DNA of 64,000 bases from contig NC_027218.1 of the NCBI RefSeq assembly GCF_000981445.1, positions 2,976,001 through 3,040,000 of the forward strand. Direction: 5' to 3'. The stretch comes from Babesia bigemina. Its lineage: Eukaryota. Below the pieces are notes generated by a model. That model saw only the letters and a program-made list of their open reading frames with translations. It was not told the DNA's origin and searched no databases. Positions 1 to 10,910 of the stretch are shown one piece after another (position 1 is the stretch's first letter; every line of letters starts with the position of its first letter). The position numbers and the translations under genes are program-made.

Positions 1-2267
1 AAGCCATCACACAGAGACCCACGCAAGGTGCCCCCTCATGATTATTACCACATACTCGTTTACACCACGAATTAGCCATGTTTACAAGCAGCTCACTCGC
101 CAACGATCCCTAAACAGCATGAACAACGCACCTTAAACCTCGATCATCCTCAACCAACTGAATATACAGAATGCCCATACCCCCACTCCTACTATGCCAT
201 CCACATTGTGCTGGGGCAACCAGGTTCCAACATCTCACGACGCTGACACGTTATGACAATCCAATACCGCCGCATGTGGCAAGGCGCATGCTAATAACCA
301 AGTGACACTTCCATCCCAGCAACCCATCGTCTCCCCTCCAGGCGTATAAGCAGACTTATCGATCGGCAACGTACTTGCAAAGTTTCATAATCTCAATCAT
401 TAGCACTCGTACGGTTTCACAACTAAACCTCCACTTCCCTTTGGAACACTTTAGAATTTGTGCTTGTATTAAATAATTCGCACAGCTCAACTTCAACTTG
501 AAAGTGCCGTTAACATGCGTCCCTACATTCTGCATACCAGCTCTACGCCAATCCATCCAGCTGCGTTTGTCTCCTCCGGTACAACGACGCCTTCGAAGCG
601 TTGAGGAGTGAGAGGCATGTCGCTTCTCCCCAGCCTACCCTGCTCCACCCTCCTCCGGAGAATGTCATGGCATTGGTAGTTGCATCCGGCATCACCCGCT
701 GGTGGCCTAGTCTGTCTTATGACCGGGTACCGCTAGATTCGGCTTGCATGCTATCAGTACGCCTGTCCAACAGCACCATAGCTTGTACTCTCCCCTTCAC
801 GTCGCGGCTCTATTTCGCCTCCATGATGAAGTCCACCTGTAACGCCAACCTGTTCACGTGGTACGGCGTACTAATCGTTTTCCCCTGGGGATGTAAAATA
901 CAGGGATCGCTCCTCGGTATTGGCTATGGGGCGGTCCCGTTGTCCGGCCTCTCCGCTTTCTTTCCACACGTAGGGCCATCTCCACTCCTTCGAGGGCGTC
1001 TGCGGAAACTTGTGCTTTCAACACATATTGAAATTGCGTTTGCGTTGTTTTAACGTATCGTATTGCGTACTGACCCTGACCTAGTTGACGTATCCATCCA
1101 CCCGAGGTCACCATGTCATCTTCACCTAAGCCGTGCCGAAATACATATGACAGATAGGAACATGACATTTTTTGCTTCTGATATGTTCTGATTGTGTGTT
1201 TCGAGTCACAAAATATGGTACATAATAAGTCGTGGATGATATAACTCCGTACTGACACGGAGTTGACTGTTGCAGCGATGAGGAACGTGACGTAACAGTG
1301 GCAAAGCACGGTGTAAATCTTCACCCCCTTCGCTATGAGTAGGGGAGACACTTTGATGTTTAACCATGGTGACATTGCTGCAGTTGAGCTCGCCAACAAT
1401 AGAACTGATATGTGGCTGGGTCCCACCAAGCTGCCCAGCCACATGCTACGGAACCATTTGGTGAGTTTATAAAATGTGGCAAACTTGTGCCAATGGCATT
1501 CAAATAGATTAAAACTCTGAATTCTTGGGCATATAATCATAATTTTACTCGAAATATGTGGCAATGGTTTGGTGCATTCCAGACTTCACCCCGCCGAAAT
1601 CCTCCCTTCACTAAGCAACGTAGATACCAAACGCAGTAATACGGTGGAGATGCGTGTTGATCTAATTATACTGGTCATAGAAACCTTTAGGATGCGTGAG
1701 TTTGTGTGTCACGTGAACCTAACCAAGCCGGTGCGATACTGTGGATTGTAAATGTGATGGGTCATTCAGGTTGCCGTCTGACCACCTGCAGTGCCAGGTG
1801 AGATAGTGGCACATACGCAAGGTACTTGAGTTGTATAAGACGGCGATTTGTAATTTGTACAGGCTACGGGTTGGGTACTGATTGTCGAGATGGTGAGTGA
1901 TGCCGGGGCATTTCCTACGTGATGGCAAATGGATGGTGAGGATAAGTGGCATTGATGGTAACAGAGTAACTGATAAGCATGCTAGCCGAGCAATGGGGTA
2001 TAATCTAACACTATTTGAGGCATAAATGTAACAACAGTAGTGGGAGTTCGCACCGTAGGACGGTCTGTGACGGGTGGAGTCGACTGCTCAACAGGTACCA
2101 GTTGACCTGCATGTCACTGCTAGGATACCGTTCACATGCGTTGATTAGGTCATATTCCCGTTAATATAGCAACATAGCCGTAATGTGGCTGGCTATTCTC
2201 GGGACGACTGGCACCTGGCTGATGTTGAAGCTGGTGGGAGCTCAGTTGCCTTGGCTGCGGTCCGTGT

Positions 2268-2480
2268 TCATGTAGTTGGTTGGTGAGTGCGTTGCTAGGT
2301 GATTGATATGTTCGCAGGTTGAGGGGACTGGGCGCGGCAGTGGTACCTGTTGTAGTTGGTGAGTGCGTTGCTAGGTGATTGATATGTTTGCAGGTTGAGG
2401 GGACTGGGAGCGGCAGTGGTAGTGTTGCAGTTGGTGAGTGCGTTGCTAGGTGATTGATATGTTCGCAGGTTGAGGGGAGT
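2268..2480 (+). repeat. Tandem repeat, ~3 copies of a 75-76 bp unit
   Basis: GTGAGTGCGTTGCTAGGTGATTGATATGTT(C/T)GCAGGTTGAGGGGA recurs at 2283, 2359 and 2434 (spacings of 76 and 75 bp). Confidence 0.95.
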
Positions 2481-2497
2481 GGGAAGGGAAGGGGAAG

Positions 2498-3031
2498 ATG
2501 AGTTATTATTGGCCAGGGAAGCCGTGCACGCAATGTCATAATAACTGTAAAAGGTCTGTAGTATGTAATTGCTGTCGATGGTGTTGTGAAGAGTGTAAGG
2601 CTGGAAGATGCAATGATTGTTGGTATGATTTTAATTTCAAGCGCAAGTATAGCAGCCATTGCCATCCTGATGGGTGTGGTAAGAAAAAAAAAGATTGTAC
2701 CAACCCCAAATGTGATTGTACATGTTGCAAAGAAAAACGTTCACGTGAACCCGCTGCCTCCGAATCCCTTTCTTCCCCCGATGCTCTGTCTCAGACCGCC
2801 AGTGAACCGCACTTGTCTGATATTCGCACTGAAGAAAGTTCCTCTGGCGATTCTAATGCAGAAGGCTCCACACCGTCCCCCCCTCCCTACTCCGCCATCG
2901 CCGCCGTCATCGTTTCCATCATCGTCGCCATCATCCTGCTCGACCTGTGCATCTTCCGCTTCCCGGTGGGCCGCAACATCCGCGATTTCCTCGTACGCAA
3001 GATACCAGTCTGCATCGCGTTTTATAATTAA
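2498..3031 (+). CDS. Cys/Lys-rich protein with C-terminal transmembrane helix and short tail (variant surface antigen/ves-like family member or 3' fragment)
   Basis: 177-aa ORF with a dense Cys/Lys region (CKRSVVCNCCRWCCEECK...KKKKDCTNPKCDCTCCKEK), a Ser-rich linker, a hydrophobic helix (AIAAVIVSIIVAIILLDLCIF) and a basic tail. This architecture resembles Babesia variant-antigen C-termini. The 5' end is uncertain. Confidence 0.6.
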   Translation: MSYYWPGKPCTQCHNNCKRSVVCNCCRWCCEECKAGRCNDCWYDFNFKRKYSSHCHPDGCGKKKKDCTNPKCDCTCCKEKRSREPAASESLSSPDALSQTASEPHLSDIRTEESSSGDSNAEGSTPSPPPYSAIAAVIVSIIVAIILLDLCIFRFPVGRNIRDFLVRKIPVCIAFYN

Positions 3032-3992
3032 GTCCAGCAATTCGTCTAATCGCACTTATCGCAGCATACTATGAATTGAGAGTATAATGGTTGTCTGATG
3101 ACGTATTACTAAATGTTTCACAATTGTACGTCGTCACGCACTCAGCTATACGTTTACGCATAATCGATACGCAGTAGTGAATGCGGATTGACAACATTAA
3201 CGTGATCGACAGAGGTCACCTGCTGCACATTTTTCTCGTGCAACTTGGACATACTGCTTATACTTTATCGCCTGCTGGTCAACCGGGGAATCTTGCCTTA
3301 TCGATGCCTAGGCGCATATCACGGGAGGAAGATGCTCTCATTTTACAGCGATGTGTATCACGCCGACGACGGAGATGTTGGGCAATTTGGGGTTTAATAT
3401 TCATGATCACATTTATGTAATAGCTTGCCACTATATGATGAGCGGTAGTCAACCCTCCACTAGGTGTGGTAGGGCCGCATATTCAATGCTGTGGCGTCCC
3501 TTAAAATAACATAACTGACCTTGTTCAAGGGGTAACTGCACTCGCATAGCCCTCATAATTGATGATGCAATTAGAATCGTCCAGTTAGTGTTGCAGTTAT
3601 ATCCCTAACCATCATACTGTTATGTTATTTCGGGGAGTCGCGAATATACCGCACATCAATGTTTTATTGCACTTTCCGACCATATCCGCATCACTATCCT
3701 ATAATATAGCGTCACTAATTCAACCTAAATTGCGACCAAACAGATAATGCAGTTGCCGTATGCGGTACTGAAAGTCGTTGTCAGATCATATCATTACGGG
3801 ATTCGCCCACAACCCACTACAACACTTTACACAACGTAGCCCAAAAGAAAACAGGCAACGATAAACTACATGGTCACGAATGAAACGACATATTAGGGTA
3901 TAATCAATGTCACTGCAGCCTCATCAGAAATAACTCTGATATGTTACACGTTTTGATAGTGTGGTGCTGCTGTTGATGCTGTAGTTAATCTA

Positions 3993-6061
3993 TCATTTGC
4001 CGGCGCGCCCGTTGGCTTGTGCTTGCGCCTTTGCCTGAGCTCGGGCCTCCATCGCTGCTATCGCAGCCCTCACACCTGACAGCCCCGACGATCCAGATGC
4101 CGGACGCCCTTCGTCACGCGACACAATGCGCACAGGCGCCTTGGGCTCGCCCGACAGCATCGACGTAAACTGAGGCTGCTCCTGAGCGGGAGCTGGGATG
4201 TTGTGCAGTTGCCTAAGCTTCGCAATCACGCATTCCACATCGCCCTTGAAGGTCTCAAGCTCATCTATCATGTCGGCGTCGTCGAAGGTTGGCTTGTACT
4301 TCTGGCATAGCACTCCCAGAGAGGCGCATATTTCACCGAACGCACGGCCTGTTGCAGTCGTCTCGCACTCTTGCGGAGGGGTGGGAACAGTCGGAGTAAA
4401 GGACATCGAATTATCCGACGCAATCGTCCGCGACGGTGCCGCGTGATAGCTCTGTGCATCATACGCTGCTGCTGAAGTCGATGTCACTGCGGCCGAAGAG
4501 GAGCCTTCGGTCAAAGATGATTCCACACTGACACCCGCACTACGACCGGGGACATTGTGCCAATCCTTGGCGCTTGTGCGGCGCCTGGGCTGCAAAGCAC
4601 CGTAAATCTCATCCATAGCGGCCCCGCTGTTCCTGCGCATGACAACCACTGAGATGGGGTTGATTTCCTTGCCGGAGTTGTTGTAAAGCATGCGGCCAAG
4701 CTCGCACTTGGACTTGTCGCACGCAGTAGCCGGCAGGAAGCAGAACGACTTGATGGTTCCGCTGCACTTGATCTCTCCAGCACGGTTGAGTTCATTCTCA
4801 AGGTACTGGAATATGCGCACTGTGAGGTCACCCTTGCCGACCACCGTCAACAGCCCAGTGGCGCTGTCCCAGTGCGGGATCAGAGGTCCAGGCGCCGAAT
4901 CAATGTCCTTGGATAGTAGCGGCTTATCGGTGTTGCGCCTGTCCCATATCCTGATCTGGCGTGTCTGGTTGCCGACATATCCCGTCGTGGCGAGGTGGTC
5001 GTTACCATAATTGCCTCCTAGCCAGGCTACGCTCGTTGCTTTGTTAGACTCGTGTGCCTTGAAGCTGTGCGACACCTTTCCTTCACGAGGGTCGACCACG
5101 GCGACACCTGCCTCCTTGGTGGCGACGACGCACAGGTCTCCATCGTACGACCAGTTGCAGTAGGAATACTGGCCCTCAATGGGGATACTTACAACCTCGG
5201 TTTCGTTCTGCACGTTCCACACGCGGACGGTGTTATCCAGTCCACCCGACATGAGCACGAAATCGGTGGCGCTGTTCCATACTACATTGGTGGTCTTCTT
5301 GGTATGCCCGTTCAGGTTCGCCGCGGCGGTAGAATCCTGCTCCCCAGTCACACGCCAAACTCTCACGGAGCCGTCTGTAGCTAAATGACCGATGGAAACC
5401 ACGCCAATCCTTACCGTCAGATGCTGAGGCGAAGAGGTTGTTGTCAAACTCGTTGAAGGTAATATCCTGAATCGATCCAGTGTGCCCTGCAAATTATCAG
5501 CACGCGCCAATGCTCTGTAAACACTTACCCTTAAAGTTCATACGGTCAGAGCCACTGTTCCTCCCCAGCTTATCGATGTTGATCAGGGTGATGAGCCCAC
5601 CACCTCCAACCTCCCATGGGAACGCAATATGGGTGTTGCTGGCCGCCATCCCCGGGGAGAATGCGGTGGGCTTCGGGTTGATCTTGAGATCGCAGTAAGC
5701 CTGCTTGAAAGGCTCACCTGCGGTGATGTGACTCCCGTATAAAGGCGACAACAGTTGGCCGAACAACACACAAAACACCGGGCACTGACGAGCAGCACGA
5801 ATGACAGCTTCGCTACAAAATGCAACGATGTAAGAACCCAAATGACCATAATACCCCCAAAATGCAACATTGCCGCGAAATTATGGCGCATACGAGCACA
5901 GTAGCGGAACATTACAACCAATAAGGGCACGAACGTCAAGTACGACCGGGGTCGACCGAATGGCGCATTCGAGTCAGCATACAGCAGAATCACGTCACGA
6001 ATTAAACAAATATATTGCTCGAAAACCCACCGAACACATTCTTCAGCCTAACTGTCGTCAT
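3993..6061 (-). CDS. coronin: Coronin (WD40 actin-binding protein), multi-exon
   Basis: Spliced model [23 protein letters not shown]...FPWEVGGGG...[35 protein letters not shown] repeats and the coronin motif [12 protein letters not shown] are present. Inferred GT-AG introns at 5718-6030, 5487-5528 and 5375-5414. Confidence 0.9.
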
Positions 6062-7331
6062 TTTGGTAGATGTACGTCAACTAAATATCTGCTCTAGCAG
6101 CAATGACGACACGCAAGTTTCACGCCCATACAAATCCGATATAAAATCACAGGGACTTTTTTCCACCTGAGAGACACAAGTCGATGTGCGGCAGCCGTGC
6201 CTGCACGAACGCTTACGTAATATGAGGCTGGGTCTCTGCAACAACTCGCGTCCTTCCACGCGCTGTAGGGTTGCGATCATCGATGCGCCTGAAAGCATCA
6301 CTAAGCACACTGTTTCAGATATATCGCAGATGCACATGAGCCAACAGATCTTGCGCGCTTCATGCTGCGCCGCGAAGGGCGTTGTGACGCGATGCATCAA
6401 CCAGCATTACTTGCGGCGCATCGCGTGTCGTTACGCATTTACGCGTGCTATTAAAGGACGTCGATGTGCGTAGAATAACTCTAGCGGTTAGGTTGCAATA
6501 GACAAGTGACAGGCACGCGCCGCAAACCGCTGATTCACAGCATGACGCAAGCCGCCATGACCATTAATTCTTGAGCATATTAATGCCAATATTGCTGAAG
6601 TGTTTTGGTCGGTGAATAGCCACTCTCACACGCCACCTGCGAAATGAATTGTCAGCGGATGGCCGTCGGCATGTTCGTATAACGTCGCACATACAGCTAG
6701 TTCCACCTCACGTACAGATGCCTCATGACCGCTTTATTGGTGGAAATATGTGTGTAAGCTGCTACAGCTTGACAAATATGCGGAAGGATCGCGACGTCAC
6801 CTACACCCCGCCGCGTCCATTATGCCGCCTTTCGACCGGAAACCCGCCCACACCGCAGACCTATATACTATTAGAATTGACCAAAATGACCATGTACAGC
6901 ATCTTCACGGCAGAAGATCGTGTTAGTAACGCTAGGACCGGAACATGCCATAGCACGAACGACGCGTGGGTGGGGCATTGTTGCGTGTAACCCTATGGCC
7001 TCTGGCGTCGGAAGCCAGCCCTAATCCGTCATATTAACTATACACAACTCCCTGAAGTCAGGATACGGGCTGCGGTTACGCCCGTCTCGCCAATGCGCTC
7101 TGCAGATCGCACCGAGGACGGGAGGAGGTCGTGCTTCTTCGGCTGAATGCCCGCAATAAAGTTCCGTCCTGGATGAGATAAAGGACGCAAAAGTCGCGCA
7201 AAATTTAGTACTCCGAGTTTCCATAGAATCCTGTGTTTTGTCGCTTGTCATTGAGGAAATACTCAATATGCATTGTAGTGAAATGTGTTATATATTCTGA
7301 ACGTATAGGTATTCATCTGTTTTCTGAGAGG

Positions 7332-10300
7332 ATGGCGAGGAGGAATTTGGCATTATGTGCTGCCATTCTGGCCTTGTCGTCGTCTCTTATCGGCGTAGGC
7401 GCCGCACCTGCCACTCAAGCTGTCGTGAAGGAGCTCCCCAGGCCGGATTTAATGAACAGGGGAAAGCTGATCCTTGACTTCACTGCGGGCAACCTTGACC
7501 CGCGTATCACCATGTGCAACAGGCTCAAGGGAGTAACTCGTTATTTCGTCAAACCTGACGTAGGCGCCACCATCACTGCCATCCAGATCAACGACTTCCG
7601 TGTAGACCTCCCGATTGCTCCAAAGGTGGAGGCTGTCTTCTGCGCATCCCCGTTCAACAACACCTTCACCGTCGTCTTCAACGATGAAACTTCCGACGAG
7701 TTCGAGGTCACATCCCAAGGCGTTGAGGCTTTGACGAACAAAGAGCGGTACACCATCACAAGTGTAGCGAAACCGCCTCAGAGGCCAGCTCCGGAGCCTT
7801 CCGATGCTTCATCTTCTTCCAGTTCTTCATCTTCGTCCAGTTCACTAGCTTCTTCCAGTTCTCCAGCCTCATCAAATGTTTCATCTTCTTCCAGTTCTTC
7901 ATCCTCATCAAATGTTTCATCTTCTTCCAGTTCTTCATCCTCGTCAATTTCTCCAGCTTCTCCAAGTTCACCAGCCTCTTCAAGTTCATCAACTTTGTCA
8001 AGTTCTTCGACCACTGCAGATTCATCGGAGGCAGCCAAGCCCGAATCTACACCCTCGGCACCCGCTGAGCCTAACCCATGGAGATCCGCGATGTCAAAAC
8101 GGACGGAATCGGACAGTAGACATAGGATAACTGAGTCTCCGTTGCACGGTTCTGGATCTGCGCCGGCTATGAGCCCCTCTTTGCTCAGGGCCATGGCCAA
8201 GGCCTCTCCCTCCATGGGAGCTCCCCAAACGCCGGGGTTCCAGCAGATGCGTGGCAGGCTGAGGTCAATGGCTGAGAGGCAAATCACCAGTAGAGCTGAC
8301 AAGACGCCTGTTTTAGATCTACGAGCGCGGGAAGCAGCCAACAAACCAACCCCCGCTAAGCAGCCGTCTAAAATGGTGTTTGAAGACTTTCAGAGCATTG
8401 ACGACGAGTTCGATACAGATGTAGAGGACAGCAGTGGCGCCTCCAAGGGTAAGGACGATGGGTTGCTGGATGTAGATGGGGATGAACACCGCAGTGCGTC
8501 ATCACAATCAACGGATGCTTCCTCATCCTCTCCTACGGCGCCTTCATCTGACACTTCCTCGTCATCCGATACGTCATCGTCGTCATCGTACAGTCAGTCT
8601 TCAACCGACACTTCCTCGTCATCCGCTGATGTCGCAAAGCCAACCTCGGATGACACTTCCTCGTCAAGCTATACCGACACCCCGTCATCATCGTACACGA
8701 CAACTCCATCGTCTGATACGTCATCGTCCTCATCATCCTACACTCCGTCATCATCGTACACGACAACTCCATCGTCTGATACGTCATCATCCTCATCATC
8801 CTACACGCTGCCATCATCGGACACATCCGCGTCATCCTACACTCCGTCGTCGTATGACACAACGACTCCCTCATCTGATACGACGACTTCATCAGGTACA
8901 TCATCCTACACTCCGTCGTCGTATGACACAACGACTCCCTCATCTGATACGACGACTTCATCAGGTACATCGTCCTACACTCCATCCTCATCCTACACGT
9001 CGTCCTATGATTCCACAAAGACTTCCTCGGACACCCCGTCATCATCATCATCATCATCCAACACGCAGTCTACTTCAGATACATCGTCGTCATCATCCAC
9101 CCCATCGTCGTCCTACACTCAGTCTTCATCGGACACATCGTCGTCATCATCCACCCTGTCGTCGTCGGATGCATCTTCATCTTCATCTTCATCATCATCG
9201 CATACGACAACACCTTTGTCTGATGTGTCAACGTCTTCATCATCCTATGTGTCGTCGCATGATGCGTCAACGTCTCCATCGAAGGGTCCTTCGTCTGAGG
9301 ATACGTTGAATTCTGCGTCACACAAGCTTCCGCCTGTGCCTCCGAGAGTTCCCCAGACCAGATACACGGGCGGTTCCGCGGAAGACGCGAATCAGAACTT
9401 TAAGGGGTTCCACGCCGGTGGCGCGATGCGTGCAGCCGTCAAGCCTAGCATCGTGCCTCCCCCTCCGGCTCCCCCTGCGAGGAAAAAGAAGATTATGACT
9501 GCCTCCCCTGCGTCTTCTGGAAGCAAATACAACACGCACGTCGCGACGATCACCACGGGCGACGTGGAATCGGAGCACCACGAGGTGCAGTCCAATGCAA
9601 CCGCTGAAGAGAACACCCCTGAGGCGTCAGTCAAAACGGACATGACGTTGGTGATCGGCGAGCCTAACGAGAACATCAGAACGCAGAAGAATGGCGACAT
9701 TACGTGCTACAGGGCCACCAACGGTCACATCATCAGGACTGTCGAGATTCAGGGCAAGTCCAGGAAAGTTGGTGTCAGCTACCCTGTGGACACTATCGTG
9801 TGTGCGCTTCAGCGGCCTGGCGAGTACCATCTTGCGGTTGGCAGCCGTGACGAGGGTGGCAAGTGGACCACCACGTACCTCAACAAGGCTGGCGACATGG
9901 ACATCTTCACCAACGTTGCGACCAAGGCGCTGTTCAAGGACATCTCGCTCCCGACGTTGTTCGAGGACGCCTACGCTGAGAAGTCGCTGAGGCGCGACCC
10001 CATGTGGTTCCAGAACTTCACCTTCAATGGTAAGGGCAACGCCTCGCTGAAGCAGGTGGAGGCCAACGGTACCCTGTTCGTGCTGGAGACCATCGACAGC
10101 GGCTACCTGAAGTCCAGCAAGGACATCACGTTCGTCGATGGTGACATCGTGACCCCGGAGGGCATGACGATGGTGAACATCACCACGTCGAAGGGCGAGG
10201 GCCAGGGCTACCTGACGATGACCTTCAGGGGCCGCAACGTGTTGCACCACAAGAGGTACGTCGAGTCGCACGACAACGCCAACAGCTACCAACGCGCTCG

Positions 10301-10667
10301 TTACACTGCGAACCTCGACGTGTGCTTCGACATCACCACGGAGTGCTTCGGTCTCGCGCCTGAGGCGAGGCTGGCGGTGCTCGATGCGCACAGCATCGAG
10401 TGCGACGCCATCATGTGGGGCATTGAGGTGAAGAAGTACAGCGGCATTACGTTCCTGAGCATCCCGCCCCGTGATTTGGACACCCTGTTGCTGATTGGCA
10501 ACTACGAGGTGCTGCTGAGCTCTAAGGAGAGCCATGAGGTGACCATCCTGTCTAGTGATATCGGGCTGTCCGCCGATATCCGAACCAACAACAGCAGTGG
10601 ATTGTTGCGCACGATCATCACGCCGAACTCGAAGACTCGCGAGTCCTACAGCGTCGACTTCTTCTGA
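7332..10667 (+). CDS. Large secreted protein with Ser/Thr-rich repeat core and beta-rich (FAINT/DUF529-like) terminal domains
   Basis: ATG at 7332 gives the signal peptide MARRNLALCAAILALSSSLIGVGA. Single exon of ~1110 aa with two poly-Ser/Thr tracts and globular N- and C-terminal regions showing strong coding codon bias. No TM or GPI signal seen. Confidence 0.85.
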   Translation: MARRNLALCAAILALSSSLIGVGAAPATQAVVKELPRPDLMNRGKLILDFTAGNLDPRITMCNRLKGVTRYFVKPDVGATITAIQINDFRVDLPIAPKVEAVFCASPFNNTFTVVFNDETSDEFEVTSQGVEALTNKERYTITSVAKPPQRPAPEPSDASSSSSSSSSSSSLASSSSPASSNVSSSSSSSSSSNVSSSSSSSSSSISPASPSSPASSSSSTLSSSSTTADSSEAAKPESTPSAPAEPNPWRSAMSKRTESDSRHRITESPLHGSGSAPAMSPSLLRAMAKASPSMGAPQTPGFQQMRGRLRSMAERQITSRADKTPVLDLRAREAANKPTPAKQPSKMVFEDFQSIDDEFDTDVEDSSGASKGKDDGLLDVDGDEHRSASSQSTDASSSSPTAPSSDTSSSSDTSSSSSYSQSSTDTSSSSADVAKPTSDDTSSSSYTDTPSSSYTTTPSSDTSSSSSSYTPSSSYTTTPSSDTSSSSSSYTLPSSDTSASSYTPSSYDTTTPSSDTTTSSGTSSYTPSSYDTTTPSSDTTTSSGTSSYTPSSSYTSSYDSTKTSSDTPSSSSSSSNTQSTSDTSSSSSTPSSSYTQSSSDTSSSSSTLSSSDASSSSSSSSSHTTTPLSDVSTSSSSYVSSHDASTSPSKGPSSEDTLNSASHKLPPVPPRVPQTRYTGGSAEDANQNFKGFHAGGAMRAAVKPSIVPPPPAPPARKKKIMTASPASSGSKYNTHVATITTGDVESEHHEVQSNATAEENTPEASVKTDMTLVIGEPNENIRTQKNGDITCYRATNGHIIRTVEIQGKSRKVGVSYPVDTIVCALQRPGEYHLAVGSRDEGGKWTTTYLNKAGDMDIFTNVATKALFKDISLPTLFEDAYAEKSLRRDPMWFQNFTFNGKGNASLKQVEANGTLFVLETIDSGYLKSSKDITFVDGDIVTPEGMTMVNITTSKGEGQGYLTMTFRGRNVLHHKRYVESHDNANSYQRARYTANLDVCFDITTECFGLAPEARLAVLDAHSIECDAIMWGIEVKKYSGITFLSIPPRDLDTLLLIGNYEVLLSSKESHEVTILSSDIGLSADIRTNNSSGLLRTIITPNSKTRESYSVDFF
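7807..8010 (+). repeat. Ser-coding low-complexity tract with a 36-bp tandem duplication
   Basis: TCATCAAATGTTTCATCTTCTTCCAGTTCTTCATCC at 7869 and 7905. Confidence 0.9.
8500..9290 (+). repeat. Ser/Thr/Asp/Tyr-coding degenerate repeat array with 63-bp and 69-bp tandem duplications
   Basis: 63-bp unit at 8682 and 8745 (PSSSYTTTPSSDTSSSSSSYT). 69-bp unit at 8832 and 8901 (SSYTPSSYDTTTPSSDTTTSSGT). Confidence 0.9.
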
Positions 10668-10910
10668 GCGCTCTTGGTGGTGCGCCTTCCACACGTACTA
10701 CGCGCGCCATTAAAACTTGAATGGTGTAATATACAGTGTCTTTTCACACCTGCGTGCTGGTTACGTGCTTTTCGTGCGGCTTCTGTGTCGTCCGTGGGTG
10801 GAAGGCCGGCGCCCACACACCTGGTCAGCAGCCGCCCACGTAGCCCTGCTACCAACGCGCGTCGCCACGTTTCCGCCACTAACACGGGCGAAACGCACCC
10901 ATTTGTATAA

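Larger units (their letters stand above)
1..3990. other. AT-richer, gene-poor island with variant-antigen-like fragments (probable multigene-family/pseudogene locus)
   Basis: Visibly lower GC and no C/G-ending codon bias compared with the genes from 3993 onward. Contains only short, broken ORFs plus one Cys/Lys-rich TM ORF and a tandem repeat. Confidence 0.5.

Noticed and set aside
2268..2480. Repeat-spacer-repeat layout resembling a CRISPR array (35-nt repeat, ~40-nt spacers)
   Set aside because: The spacers are near-identical to each other, the context is eukaryotic and there are no cas genes. It is a tandem repeat.
3435..3518. ATGATGA...CTGA pair resembling a C/D snoRNA
   Set aside because: No terminal stem and no identifiable rRNA-complementary guide. 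Expected by chance.
7756..9321. Met/Thr/Arg-rich, His/Arg-rich and Glu/Asp-rich ORFs in other frames
   Set aside because: Alternate-frame or antisense readings of the TCN-rich Ser repeats.
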